DNA of 64,000 nucleotides from IMG/VR virus record IMGVR_UViG_3300008108_000036; one strand, written 5' to 3'. This document shows, one piece after another, positions 1 to 8,704 of the stretch. The first letter of the stretch is position 1. The number at the start of each line of letters is the position of its first letter. The notes under the pieces were generated by a model that did no database searches, was not told the origin of the DNA, and worked only from the letters and a program-made list of their open reading frames with translations. A program made the position numbers and the translations under genes. Source of the DNA: a virus.

Positions 1-2
1 AC

Positions 3-239
3 GGCACTCACCCTCTCTCAGTAGAAACTATGAAGTTTTTTTCAGAATTTAGAAGGCTTTGTGAACAATTTATTCATAATTATGATAAAATAAAAAAAGT
101 TGGAGAATTTGGAAAATCTGCCAATAGAAAAACGTTCTATACTGCTGATACTTTTTTAAAGCGTTTGCTTTCAATTTTATATATTCCTAAAGCTGGAGAT
201 TTGCAGGGAGCAAATCCTTTTAAAGACAAAATGGAATAA
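3..239 (+). CDS. Hypothetical protein, C-terminal part (frame open to the window edge)
   Basis: Frame of ORF 30..239 has no stop back to position 3. Confidence 0.5.
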   Translation, partial: GTHPLSVETMKFFSEFRRLCEQFIHNYDKIKKVGEFGKSANRKTFYTADTFLKRLLSILYIPKAGDLQGANPFKDKME

Positions 240-264
240 ATGATTAAATATAATAAATAAACAT

Positions 265-618
265 ATGAAAATGACGTTTGATGAAATTTACAATGCTACA
301 CTCGCTGAAAACACAGTTCCAGCTCCAGCAACTCCAATGGCGAATCCAGCCAATTTACAAAAAGATTTACAAGGATTGTTTTTAAAACATAAAGACAATC
401 CAGCCCTTTTTCAAGAACTAGAAAAACAAATGAAGCAAGCTCAACAAGCTGCTCAACAAGCTGCTAAGGCTAATCAACAGCAACAACAGCAGCAACAAGC
501 TGCTGCTAAAACTAACACCCAACAGCCAGCACCTCAACAAAACAACAATACCAACCAGCAACAAAATCAACCTCAAGCTAATAATCAACAACAAAATAAT
601 CAGCAAAAGAAGGTTTAA
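265..618 (+). CDS. Gln/Asn-rich low-complexity late protein, likely head-associated
   Basis: Poly-Q/N C-terminal half; TAAATA at 245-250; leader MKMTFDEIYNATLAE ends in LxE. Confidence 0.7.
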   Translation: MKMTFDEIYNATLAENTVPAPATPMANPANLQKDLQGLFLKHKDNPALFQELEKQMKQAQQAAQQAAKANQQQQQQQQAAAKTNTQQPAPQQNNNTNQQQNQPQANNQQQNNQQKKV

Positions 619-626
619 AGCATGAT

Positions 627-1256
627 ATGAATAGCATGCAGGCTACTAACAAGCCAGGTTTACAAAGAAGTCGTTGCATGTTTTGTGGCTCTATAAATAG
701 AGGAAAGGGTTGCAGATATGGTCCTCATGGAGTACACTTCCATCCAGACGATTCAACGAAGTGTTCTTATTGTGGATCTCCTAGCTTTGGAAGAGGATGT
801 AAAATAAACCCAACTGGAGATTTACATGTGCATGGAGTTACATATAATAATATGTATAGAGAATTTGTGCAAAGCTTTTTGACTAATAAAGTATTAACAG
901 AAGAACTTAAAAAACCTTTTGTCGAATTCGATGCTTATAAATTGGGTATTATTAATGAAAAGGGACAAGCTATAAAAATGCCGATTACCGTTGAAGAGAA
1001 ACAATCATACTCTCCGTTAATTAAAACTCTTCTAAAAATTAAAAGGTTTATTGGCCCTAAAATTGATTTATTTGAAGCAACAACCTCTCTAACAGAATCA
1101 AGCAAACTAAATCGCGAAAGTTTAGACAAATATAAACTGCTGATAGAACATAAAGATAAGATTAGAGATAATATAAATGATTTGTACAAAATTATCGATG
1201 AAGCTAACGCTGCAGGCTTAAGTTTAGAAGATATATTGAATCTTCTTGAAGGTTAA
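627..1256 (+). CDS. Two Cys/His zinc-finger-like repeats fused to a T4-like conserved domain
   Basis: CMFCGS..GKGC..HFH and CSYCGS..GRGC..HVH; later FDAYKLGIINEKG motif. Confidence 0.6.
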   Translation: MNSMQATNKPGLQRSRCMFCGSINRGKGCRYGPHGVHFHPDDSTKCSYCGSPSFGRGCKINPTGDLHVHGVTYNNMYREFVQSFLTNKVLTEELKKPFVEFDAYKLGIINEKGQAIKMPITVEEKQSYSPLIKTLLKIKRFIGPKIDLFEATTSLTESSKLNRESLDKYKLLIEHKDKIRDNINDLYKIIDEANAAGLSLEDILNLLEG

Positions 1257-1269
1257 TAGTTAACAAAGC

Positions 1270-1297
1270 TTGACATAACTCAAAAATAAGATATGAT
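1270..1297 (+). promoter_or_regulatory. Sigma70-type early promoter (leaderless) for the ORF1304-queD-queE operon
   Basis: TTGACA(1270-1275)-N16-TATGAT(1292-1297), ATG 6 nt later. Confidence 0.7.
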
Positions 1298-1303
1298 TCA
1301 TTC

Positions 1304-1585
1304 ATGTCTAAAAATAGTATAAACATTTCGTTAACTGATGAAGATTTTTCTACAGTTCTTTCTGCACTTTTATTTTCTTGCTCTGTGAATATCGTTTCGA
1401 ACACCAGCCAAGAATATCAGCAAAAGTTGTTTGAGTTAGCTAAACGACTAAAAGTATATAAACCGGACGTAAAAATTACTGATATACAATTTTTGAGAGA
1501 AGAAAATTATGAAGATGTTACGACCCAAGAATTATTGAAGGAGTTTGAACAAAATCTGGAAATTATATCTTTTGAAAATATTTAA
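1304..1585 (+). CDS. Hypothetical protein
   Basis: 93 aa ORF behind promoter, abuts queD. Confidence 0.7.
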   Translation: MSKNSINISLTDEDFSTVLSALLFSCSVNIVSNTSQEYQQKLFELAKRLKVYKPDVKITDIQFLREENYEDVTTQELLKEFEQNLEIISFENI

Positions 1586-2071
1586 ATGAAAAAATACACT
1601 TCAACTAAAGTAATCGAATTAGGCTCTTGTGCATTTAGACAATGGAAAGCTGAAGGAACGCACTGTAGATTTGTTCATGGGTATCGATTGATGGCTAAAT
1701 TTTGGTTTGAGTGCTCTAAGCTAGATCATCGGAATTGGGCAGTAAATTTTGGAGGATTAAAAGAACTTAAGCGAATGTTGCAACAACAATTCGACCACAC
1801 GTTGTGTATAGCTGTCGATGATCCTCTTTTAGCTAATTTTCAAGAACTACACAACCAAGGAGGATGCGATATACGAGTAATGGATGCAGTTGGGATTGAA
1901 AAAGTAGCTGAGTGGTGCTTTAAAACCGCAAGATTGTTTTTGGAGTCAAATGAAGAAACATATAAGCGTTGCTGGGTCTCTAAAGTTGAAGTATGGGAAC
2001 ATGAAGAAAATTCAGCAGTATATACAGAAATTGATGATCAACACGGAACAACCGTACGCGAGGAAATTTAA
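1586..2071 (+). CDS. queD: 6-carboxy-5,6,7,8-tetrahydropterin synthase
   Basis: HCRFVHGY, DHT, EK, WEHEENSA motifs; adjacent to queE. Confidence 0.9.
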   Translation: MKKYTSTKVIELGSCAFRQWKAEGTHCRFVHGYRLMAKFWFECSKLDHRNWAVNFGGLKELKRMLQQQFDHTLCIAVDDPLLANFQELHNQGGCDIRVMDAVGIEKVAEWCFKTARLFLESNEETYKRCWVSKVEVWEHEENSAVYTEIDDQHGTTVREEI

Positions 2072-2820
2072 TGACTAATAATTTTTTATTCTTATCTGAT
2101 GATAAAATCTTCTACACATTAGAAGGAGAAGGGGAATATATCGGACAACCTTCTGTTTTTATGCGTATGTCTATGTGCAATCTTACCTGTAAAGGTTTTG
2201 CTTCAGAAAATAGTCCAAATGGTTGTGATTCTTTTATTTCGTGGTCAGTAAAAAATAAAATGTCTTTTGAAGACATTTTTCAATTAATGGAAGAAAAAAA
2301 TTATATCGAGCATCTTCGAAATAATGCTATTTTTAAGCTAACTGGTGGAGAACCATTAATAAATCAAAAGCAACTTCTTAAATTTATTGAAGAATTTATT
2401 GGGCGATATAAATTTGTTCCGAGAATTGATTTTGAAACAAATGCTACATTAATTCCAGATGAACGTTGGATACGAGAATTTAAAGCTACGTTTACTACTT
2501 CTCCGAAACTTACTACTAATGGAGACCCAGAAGAAAAAACATACAAACCAGAGGCTTTGAAGTGGCACGTTAAACACAATTCTGGGTTTAAGTTCGTCAT
2601 TACTTCGGATAAAGACATCGAAGAAATTTGGAGAAAATATGTAAACGACGATAAAGGCATTAATGTCCCACTAAATCGAGTTTGGTTCATGCCTTGTTGT
2701 GGATCAAGAAAAGAACACATCGAAAGAGCTCCTGCTGTTGCTGAATATGCAAAAGCAATGCATGTTAACTTTAGCCCAAGAATGCATCTTCTAATTTGGG
2801 ACATGGCTTTAAAAGTTTGA
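2071..2820 (+). CDS. queE: 7-carboxy-7-deazaguanine synthase (radical SAM)
   Basis: FYTLEGEG, CNLTC-x(11)-CDS, TGGEPL, ETN, SPK, PRMHLLIW. Confidence 0.92.
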   Translation: MTNNFLFLSDDKIFYTLEGEGEYIGQPSVFMRMSMCNLTCKGFASENSPNGCDSFISWSVKNKMSFEDIFQLMEEKNYIEHLRNNAIFKLTGGEPLINQKQLLKFIEEFIGRYKFVPRIDFETNATLIPDERWIREFKATFTTSPKLTTNGDPEEKTYKPEALKWHVKHNSGFKFVITSDKDIEEIWRKYVNDDKGINVPLNRVWFMPCCGSRKEHIERAPAVAEYAKAMHVNFSPRMHLLIWDMALKV

Positions 2821-2850
2821 CATATTCATTAACAAGCGTAAATATACTCC

Positions 2851-3495
2851 ATGCGTATAGCTTTAATGGGTGCTCATTGTGTGGGCAAAACGACACTAAT
2901 AGAACAAATTCTTAAACAATGGCCTATGTATAAAAGGCCTTCTAAGACTTATAGAGAAATTATTAAAGAAAAACAATTATCAATAAACAAACAAGGAACT
3001 AAAGATTCTCAAAAAATAATATTAAATGCTTTAATAGACGAATTGCAAACAGCCAGTACGTCAGACGATAAATTTATTATTTTTGATAGATGCCCTATTG
3101 ATAACGTTGTATATACGTTATGGCATCATGCAAAAGGGACAGAGGGATTTACTTCGGATTTTGTAATGGATTGTAAAACAATTGCAGCTTTCTCACTTAA
3201 ACATATAGATGTAATTTTTTATGTTCCGGCTAGGCCTGAAATTCCGTTAACTCCTAGAGAGGGAAGAGAAGTTGATCCTATTTTTAGAGAAGAGATTGAC
3301 AATATATTTGATTCGATGGTTTCTTCATATGAGAAAAACACAGGAGCGTTTTTTCCTTTAGAAGATTGTCCCGCTGTCATTAGGCTCGACGGACCTCCAG
3401 ACATGAGATTGCCTCAAATGAAACTATACATTAAAGATAGTGGGATTGGATATGGTGAAGAAGACGGCAGCTTAATAGACACTTCAGCAATCTAA
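2851..3495 (+). CDS. P-loop (AAA_28/NadR-type) nucleotide kinase-like protein
   Basis: Walker A GAHCVGKT, FDRCPID. Confidence 0.75.
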   Translation: MRIALMGAHCVGKTTLIEQILKQWPMYKRPSKTYREIIKEKQLSINKQGTKDSQKIILNALIDELQTASTSDDKFIIFDRCPIDNVVYTLWHHAKGTEGFTSDFVMDCKTIAAFSLKHIDVIFYVPARPEIPLTPREGREVDPIFREEIDNIFDSMVSSYEKNTGAFFPLEDCPAVIRLDGPPDMRLPQMKLYIKDSGIGYGEEDGSLIDTSAI

Positions 3496-3944
3496 GCTCT
3501 ACTAAAATTAATCTCTTTAGCGTTTTTAATTTTCAAACGAACAGCAGTTTTAATAAATTGTTTGTTGTTAGTTTTTTGCTGTTGTTCTAAGCATTTTGAT
3601 GCGGCCATTTCTAACTCTGGTGAATCTATTTCATGTATTCCGCAGTAATAAAATGGGGTTTTTTCTAAAAGTTTTGTAATATGCTTTGTAATAAACGTTT
3701 TAAATCTCGAATTAGCTGATTTAGTAGAAATAAATACTACTTTAGGAAAAGAGCTGTTTATTTTATAAAATTTTTCGGCCAGTTCATTTATAAAAAAGCT
3801 TATAATTATTTTTTTTCCATCAGCTGAATTTAATGAAATATTGTGTTTGGTTGCGAATTTTATTGACTGTTTAATTGCTGACTCAAAATACGGATATACA
3901 TCTATAGCACATATTCTAGACTTCGGAAAAATTTTAGTTCTCAT
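3492..3944 (-). CDS. Hypothetical protein
   Basis: 150 aa ORF abutting the GIY-YIG-like gene. Confidence 0.65.
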   Translation of the reverse strand: MRTKIFPKSRICAIDVYPYFESAIKQSIKFATKHNISLNSADGKKIIISFFINELAEKFYKINSSFPKVVFISTKSANSRFKTFITKHITKLLEKTPFYYCGIHEIDSPELEMAASKCLEQQQKTNNKQFIKTAVRLKIKNAKEINFSRA

Positions 3945-4361
3945 CTATTTAAAGTTCTTAGGAACACGACCCAAACGGCAATTTATTATTCCGTTATAAT
4001 AATCTTCTTTTAATAAAACGTCTTCTTGGATTTGCCTTTTTATTTCTTTATATCCTAATTCGAATTTAGAAAAACACCACTCTAAAATTACAAAGCTAAA
4101 GTTTTCTTTGCCGTATTTTTTAATATCTTCATTAAGCTCTTTAGATGACCCAGTATATGTTTTCCAGTCCGATTCTTTTGTGTCGAGACGTTTGCGCTTT
4201 TTTCCTTTAAGTGGTTTTCTTTTTACTTTAAACCTGCATTGCTTCTTACCAATGTACTTTTTTGGACAAACTAAGGCATTATTGGTAATTTCATAAATAA
4301 ACCCGAATGCATCTTCACTAAAGCTTAAATTCTCCGCTAAAATCCAATGTCCTAAATCCAT
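3945..4361 (-). CDS. GIY-YIG-like endonuclease-family protein
   Basis: FGFIYEITN...KYIGKK, YTGSS, YYN. Confidence 0.75.
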   Translation of the reverse strand: MDLGHWILAENLSFSEDAFGFIYEITNNALVCPKKYIGKKQCRFKVKRKPLKGKKRKRLDTKESDWKTYTGSSKELNEDIKKYGKENFSFVILEWCFSKFELGYKEIKRQIQEDVLLKEDYYNGIINCRLGRVPKNFK

Positions 4362-4362
4362 T

Positions 4363-4626
4363 TTACTTTTTTCTGCGTTTTTTTCTGCTTTTTTTCATTC
4401 CATAACGAGTTATTACTCCTCCGTATATACCATAAGGAATTCTAGCATCATCTTTGGCGTAATTGTCACCACTAAAAGCTGTAGATGTTGAATCTATTCC
4501 ATCGCCAAACGACGAACTTGTTGCACCCCCCTCAGAATCCTCATTAATGCTGTTCGTTTTGGTATAACAATCGTTCGATATAAAAGAAAGAGCTGCATTA
4601 TACGCTTCTTTAAAGCTTTTTGTCAT
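4363..4626 (-). CDS. Small late protein, possible head protein
   Basis: Minus-strand TAAATA at 4633-4638; SFKE...INE leader; basic C-terminus. Confidence 0.6.
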   Translation of the reverse strand: MTKSFKEAYNAALSFISNDCYTKTNSINEDSEGGATSSSFGDGIDSTSTAFSGDNYAKDDARIPYGIYGGVITRYGMKKSRKKRRKK

Positions 4627-4648
4627 AAATAATATTTAATAAAAATAT

Positions 4649-4765
4649 ATGAAATTTGACAAATTAGTATCTATGATAATGGAAAAATGTTGGAAGGGAT
4701 ACCAACAAAAGGGAGTAAAGAAGAAGGGCAATAAGGTTGTCCCTAATTGCGTAAAGAAAAAATAA
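4649..4765 (+). CDS. 38-aa CWKGY...VPNCV-motif small protein (absent from the ORF track)
   Basis: Translates MKFDKLVSMIMEKCWKGYQQKGVKKKGNKVVPNCVKKK*; TAAATA at 4626-4631; motif recalled from T4-like phage proteins. Confidence 0.75.
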   Translation: MKFDKLVSMIMEKCWKGYQQKGVKKKGNKVVPNCVKKK

Positions 4766-4771
4766 TAAAGA

Positions 4772-5299
4772 CTAATACCAAGACGGCTTAGAGCGCTTTG
4801 TCCAAGTTGCAAAAGCTTTATCTAACCGAATGTATTGTTTGTATTTGTCTATAGTAGAAAGTTGATCAAAACCAGCAATTTTTCTGCACTTAGATTCTAA
4901 GTTAATAGCGATTGCAAAGGGAGTCAATTCGCTTTTTTTACAATGCTCTGTTTTATCTACATTGCTTTTGCACCATTCTATAAATGATTTGGTAAAATGC
5001 TCGTTAGAAGTTGTCCATCGATAGGTTCGCTCATTAAACATTTCTAAAGCATGATCACAAAGCCACAAAAAGTTTGATGTTGACTCTCTTGTCCATACAG
5101 CACATGGATGATTGTAATACCCTTTGCCAGATTTACGTGGGGATCCTTTTTTAGTCAAAGGAGCTGACAGTAATGTTTGATTAGAAAAGCAATGTTGAAG
5201 CAAAATTGCTGATTCAATTTGCATTTTAGACCTACAATGCTGATCACAAAGCTCTTGAGCTGATATCACTGGATCGTTATTGGTGCAAAAGATATTCAT
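4772..5299 (-). CDS. Pyrimidine-dimer DNA glycosylase/endonuclease V-family protein
   Basis: MNIF..DP..SAQ.LCD.H..KM..ESA, NHPCAVW, YKQY..K..FATW. Confidence 0.75.
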   Translation of the reverse strand: MNIFCTNNDPVISAQELCDQHCRSKMQIESAILLQHCFSNQTLLSAPLTKKGSPRKSGKGYYNHPCAVWTRESTSNFLWLCDHALEMFNERTYRWTTSNEHFTKSFIEWCKSNVDKTEHCKKSELTPFAIAINLESKCRKIAGFDQLSTIDKYKQYIRLDKAFATWTKRSKPSWY

Positions 5300-5342
5300 T
5301 GGCTAAAGTTTCAAACTAAAAATTAAAAAAGACAACAAAATG

Positions 5343-5370
5343 TTGCTTTTTTTAAAAAATAACATAATTT
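5343..5370 (+). promoter_or_regulatory. Early-type promoter driving the non-coding structured segment
   Basis: TTGCTT(5343-5348)-N16-TAATTT(5365-5370); same geometry as the other promoters. Confidence 0.5.
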
Positions 5371-5376
5371 AAAACA

Positions 5377-5702
5377 GTCGCTGTTAGTGCCAGCCAAAGC
5401 GTTTCAACGCGGGTCTTCGTTGGGAGATAAATAAACAGGAGTCAGCGATTAATAAATAAAAACACTACTCGATGTGCGCTTTATGCGTGACCGTTGTTTG
5501 GCCATTGCCAGGACCGCTCAAGCCAGCCCTTACAGAACAACCGAGGGGGCATATTTTTTGCTTTGCAAAATTTTGAAGCTTGTTAACCCGACTGAGACTC
5601 GTTTTATACGGAATTTCAAAGACAGGAGGTTATCCCAATAATGGGGGACCTCCCTCCTTCAATCTGAATAACCGGAACTTAAAGACCTTTTAAGCCTTTT
5701 TT
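5377..5702 (+). ncRNA. Unclassified structured non-coding RNA candidate (~330 nt)
   Basis: No long ORF; GC-richer than flanks; stems GTCGCTG/CAGCGAT, GCGT-TTCA-ACGC, GTTGTTT/GAACAAC, TGGC-CATT-GCCA, TTTGAA/TTCAAA, GGAGGT..TCCCA-ATAA-TGGGG..ACCTCC; ends in a T-run. Confidence 0.6.
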
Positions 5703-5741
5703 GCTGTTGAATAACCTATTTTGACGTATATCATTAACGAT

Positions 5742-6149
5742 ATGGCTGATGCATCTAATCTTTTTCAAGAATATCATGAAAAAATTGAGACGTTTTTGAA
5801 ATTTGATGAATTAAACATTAAAGACTCACAAATGGCACTACCATCCGTTAGACATTATTGGGTAGGTCGGCTAATGTATCACAAACAACAAATTATAAAA
5901 CTCAAAAAAGCAAAAGAAAAAGCAAGCAAAACCATTAAAGCAAAATTAGAAGAAGAATCGCCAGTTACTCTCAGCATTAAAACTATCAGCGAATCCATAG
6001 CAACGAATGAAATTATCTTAAAAATTGATGATGAAATAGCAAATAACGAGTTTTTGGTAGAATATCTCAGCAAGGTCGAAGCTAACTTTAGAGACACTCA
6101 ATACGGAATGACTAATCTTACTAAAATAATTACATTAGAAACGACATGA
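5742..6149 (+). CDS. uvsY: Recombination mediator UvsY-like (start probably ATG 5742)
   Basis: Helical ~135 aa protein upstream of uvsW as in T4-like phages; promoter TTGAAT-N16-TATCAT at 5707-5734. Confidence 0.65.
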   Translation: MADASNLFQEYHEKIETFLKFDELNIKDSQMALPSVRHYWVGRLMYHKQQIIKLKKAKEKASKTIKAKLEEESPVTLSIKTISESIATNEIILKIDDEIANNEFLVEYLSKVEANFRDTQYGMTNLTKIITLETT

Positions 6150-6571
6150 AGATTTCTGCTGGTATTATTTTTTTATTTGACAACAAAGTACTTCTTTGTC
6201 ATCCTACAAACGCTTCTTATAATAACAGCTTTAGTTTTCCAAAAGGACAAGTTGATGAGGGAGAAACGTTTGAAGAAACAGCAATAAGAGAATGCAAGGA
6301 AGAAATTGGAATAAGTTTATATAATCCCAAATTTGCATCCAAATACGAAGTAGAATACTATAATAAAAACAAAAAAAAGATAGTTAAAAAAGTAATATTA
6401 TTTTTATTAAAAATTCATTCTTTATCGGAAATAGGACTGACGAATTTAGTCGTACCGAAAACCCAATTGCAATTAGATGAAATTGATTGGGCCGGGTTTT
6501 TAACAAAACAAGAAAGTGAACTTAAAATTTTTTGGCGTTTTCATGAAGTTTTAAATCAAGTTTTAAGATAA
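6146..6571 (+). CDS. NUDIX hydrolase
   Basis: Nudix box PKGQVDEGETFEETAIRECKEEIG. Confidence 0.9.
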   Translation: MKISAGIIFLFDNKVLLCHPTNASYNNSFSFPKGQVDEGETFEETAIRECKEEIGISLYNPKFASKYEVEYYNKNKKKIVKKVILFLLKIHSLSEIGLTNLVVPKTQLQLDEIDWAGFLTKQESELKIFWRFHEVLNQVLR

Positions 6572-6580
6572 AAATTTTAC

Positions 6581-8020
6581 ATGAATATAACATTTGATTT
6601 TGATACAGTTTCCAGAAAACCTAAAATCATATCCGAATTTTTGCCTCAAATTAGAGAGCATTTTTCAGTAGAAGACAAAGCTTTATTATTTTTAAGAAAA
6701 AGAACTGGCAGAAACTTACCCGTAAGAAAATATGCTATTACAAATAAAGGAATGTATGATTTGCCTTTTACTGGAACTATTTGTCAAGAACTTAAGTCAA
6801 AATTTCCTTCTGCTAAAATCCATTTTACTGATGAGCTAGTAATCCGATTATCAAATAAAAGTATAAACGAAGAGTTAGTCACACTCAACTTTCCACCTAG
6901 AGATTATCAAAAATCTTCTGCCGAAACAGCATTACAAAAAGGAAGAGGGGTGGTAGTTCTTCCAACTTCAGCAGGCAAAACACTTGTAATTGCTTTAATA
7001 ACTTCAACCATTTTAAAACACAGTAGTGATAACGTACTAATTTTAGTTCCAGACATTCAATTAGTTCAACAAACATACAAAGATTTTTTAGAATACGGAA
7101 TTGACGATTCGTTGATTTCTAGATGGACTGGCTCTCATGAATTTACTAACTCAAAAATAGTAATAGCAAACAATCAAATACTTTTATCAGAAAAACAAGA
7201 CCAAAACGTTCTTTCATCGTTTTCGACGATTATTGTTGATGAGTGTCACAAATTCGCTACAGCTGAAAAAATTTCAAAGCTTATTAAGAATTTGAAGTGT
7301 GAAAGAATATTTGGATTTACAGGTTCTTTGCCAGAATCGAAATTTGACGTTTGGTCTATAAACAGAATTTTTGGTTCTATTATCTTTCATAAGAAATCTA
7401 TAGATCTTAGACAGGATAAATATATTTCAAAAGTGCGAGTAGTTTCTTTAGAGCTTAACTATAAAGACATACCACAGTTTTCAAAACCATCCGTTAACGA
7501 CCCAACAGCAGGATATGAAGAAGAAATCACATGGCTTCATACCAACTTGTACAGAAATTCTATAATATCGAAACTAATAAATAAACTTGAAACTAACACT
7601 TTAATATTGGTTGACCGTATAGTACACGGAGAGCATCTTTTGCAGTTTTTACAAGATCACACTAATAAAGAAATATATTTTATACAAGGATCTGTTGAAT
7701 TGGAAGAAAGGGAGAACATGAGAAAGCTTATGGAAGAAAAGTCTGGAGTTGTGTGCATAGCAATTTCTAAAATATTTTCTACAGGTATTTCTATTAAAAA
7801 TTTACATAATATAATATTTGCAGCAATAGGAAAAGCAAGAATTAAAATAATTCAATCAATTGGAAGAAGTTTGAGATTGCATCACACAAAAGAAATAGCC
7901 ACTATATTTGACATAGCAGACACATGCTTAATTTACGGAAAGAAGCATTTTGACGAGAGAGTTAGATTATACGAATCCGAGCGCATTCCCGTTGTTTCTT
8001 CCACGCATTATGAATCGTAA
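6581..8020 (+). CDS. uvsW: UvsW SF2 DNA/RNA-DNA helicase
   Basis: PTSAGKT, DECH, GFTGS, FSTGISIKNLHN, QSIGRSLR. Confidence 0.93.
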   Translation: MNITFDFDTVSRKPKIISEFLPQIREHFSVEDKALLFLRKRTGRNLPVRKYAITNKGMYDLPFTGTICQELKSKFPSAKIHFTDELVIRLSNKSINEELVTLNFPPRDYQKSSAETALQKGRGVVVLPTSAGKTLVIALITSTILKHSSDNVLILVPDIQLVQQTYKDFLEYGIDDSLISRWTGSHEFTNSKIVIANNQILLSEKQDQNVLSSFSTIIVDECHKFATAEKISKLIKNLKCERIFGFTGSLPESKFDVWSINRIFGSIIFHKKSIDLRQDKYISKVRVVSLELNYKDIPQFSKPSVNDPTAGYEEEITWLHTNLYRNSIISKLINKLETNTLILVDRIVHGEHLLQFLQDHTNKEIYFIQGSVELEERENMRKLMEEKSGVVCIAISKIFSTGISIKNLHNIIFAAIGKARIKIIQSIGRSLRLHHTKEIATIFDIADTCLIYGKKHFDERVRLYESERIPVVSSTHYES

Positions 8021-8062
8021 ATTATTGGACGTCGTTGATTTATTTAAAATAATACCTATACT

Positions 8063-8704
8063 TTGCGAGTAATGGAAAAAAAGACAAAAAAACCTGATTT
8101 AAAATCTAAAAAGGTTCAATCTAAAATAGCAAACGTAAAGATTTCTAAACCCAAAGGCAAGTTATTGTTATCTTCTTCAAAAAAGAAACAAGCAGACGAT
8201 TTGCCAGACGAAATAGTTAAAGCTGTAGCTTTACCTCAACAAAAACGCGTGAGAAGAACTAAAGAGGAGCTTAAAGATGTTTATATCGACCCAGTCGAAA
8301 TGGAGCGTAAAATACATGAGTTTTATTCAACGGGAGTGCTTTCCGAGAGTCTTGCAGAAATGGTACAATTAATTGCTGTTAGACTAGGTTTAGCTAGAAA
8401 TTTTTACTCCTACAGCTTTAAAACCGAAATGCAAGGAGACGCAATCGTTAAAATGATGACTGCTTTGAGACGAAAACGATTTAAATGTAATGCTGGCTAC
8501 AATCCTTTTTCTTATTTTACTAAAGTAGCATACCATGCATTTCAAAATTGCATAAAAAAGAACAAAAAAGATTTCGATACAATTAAAAGATATCAAGAAG
8601 AAATGTACGAGAGTTATATATGCAGTGGTTTATTGCCTTCAAAAAAGAATACACACGTTGAGTCTAGTGATGATTATACAGCAGATGGACATTACGAAAA
8701 TTAA
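8063..8704 (+). CDS. Late-transcription sigma factor gp55
   Basis: NFYSYSFKTEMQGDA, NPFSYFTKVAYHAF; synteny with gp47. Confidence 0.85.
   Translation: MRVMEKKTKKPDLKSKKVQSKIANVKISKPKGKLLLSSSKKKQADDLPDEIVKAVALPQQKRVRRTKEELKDVYIDPVEMERKIHEFYSTGVLSESLAEMVQLIAVRLGLARNFYSYSFKTEMQGDAIVKMMTALRRKRFKCNAGYNPFSYFTKVAYHAFQNCIKKNKKDFDTIKRYQEEMYESYICSGLLPSKKNTHVESSDDYTADGHYEN

Noticed and set aside
3942-3947. Stop-codon recoding (TAG directly followed by an in-frame ATG; TAG at ~13566; TAA at 14526)
   Set aside because: All core genes are full length in the standard code; the interruptions are local
5377-5702. tRNA, tmRNA, RNase P, group I intron or hammerhead identity for the structured segment
   Set aside because: No T-loop/CCA end, RNase P signature or catalytic core found; flanking genes are not split
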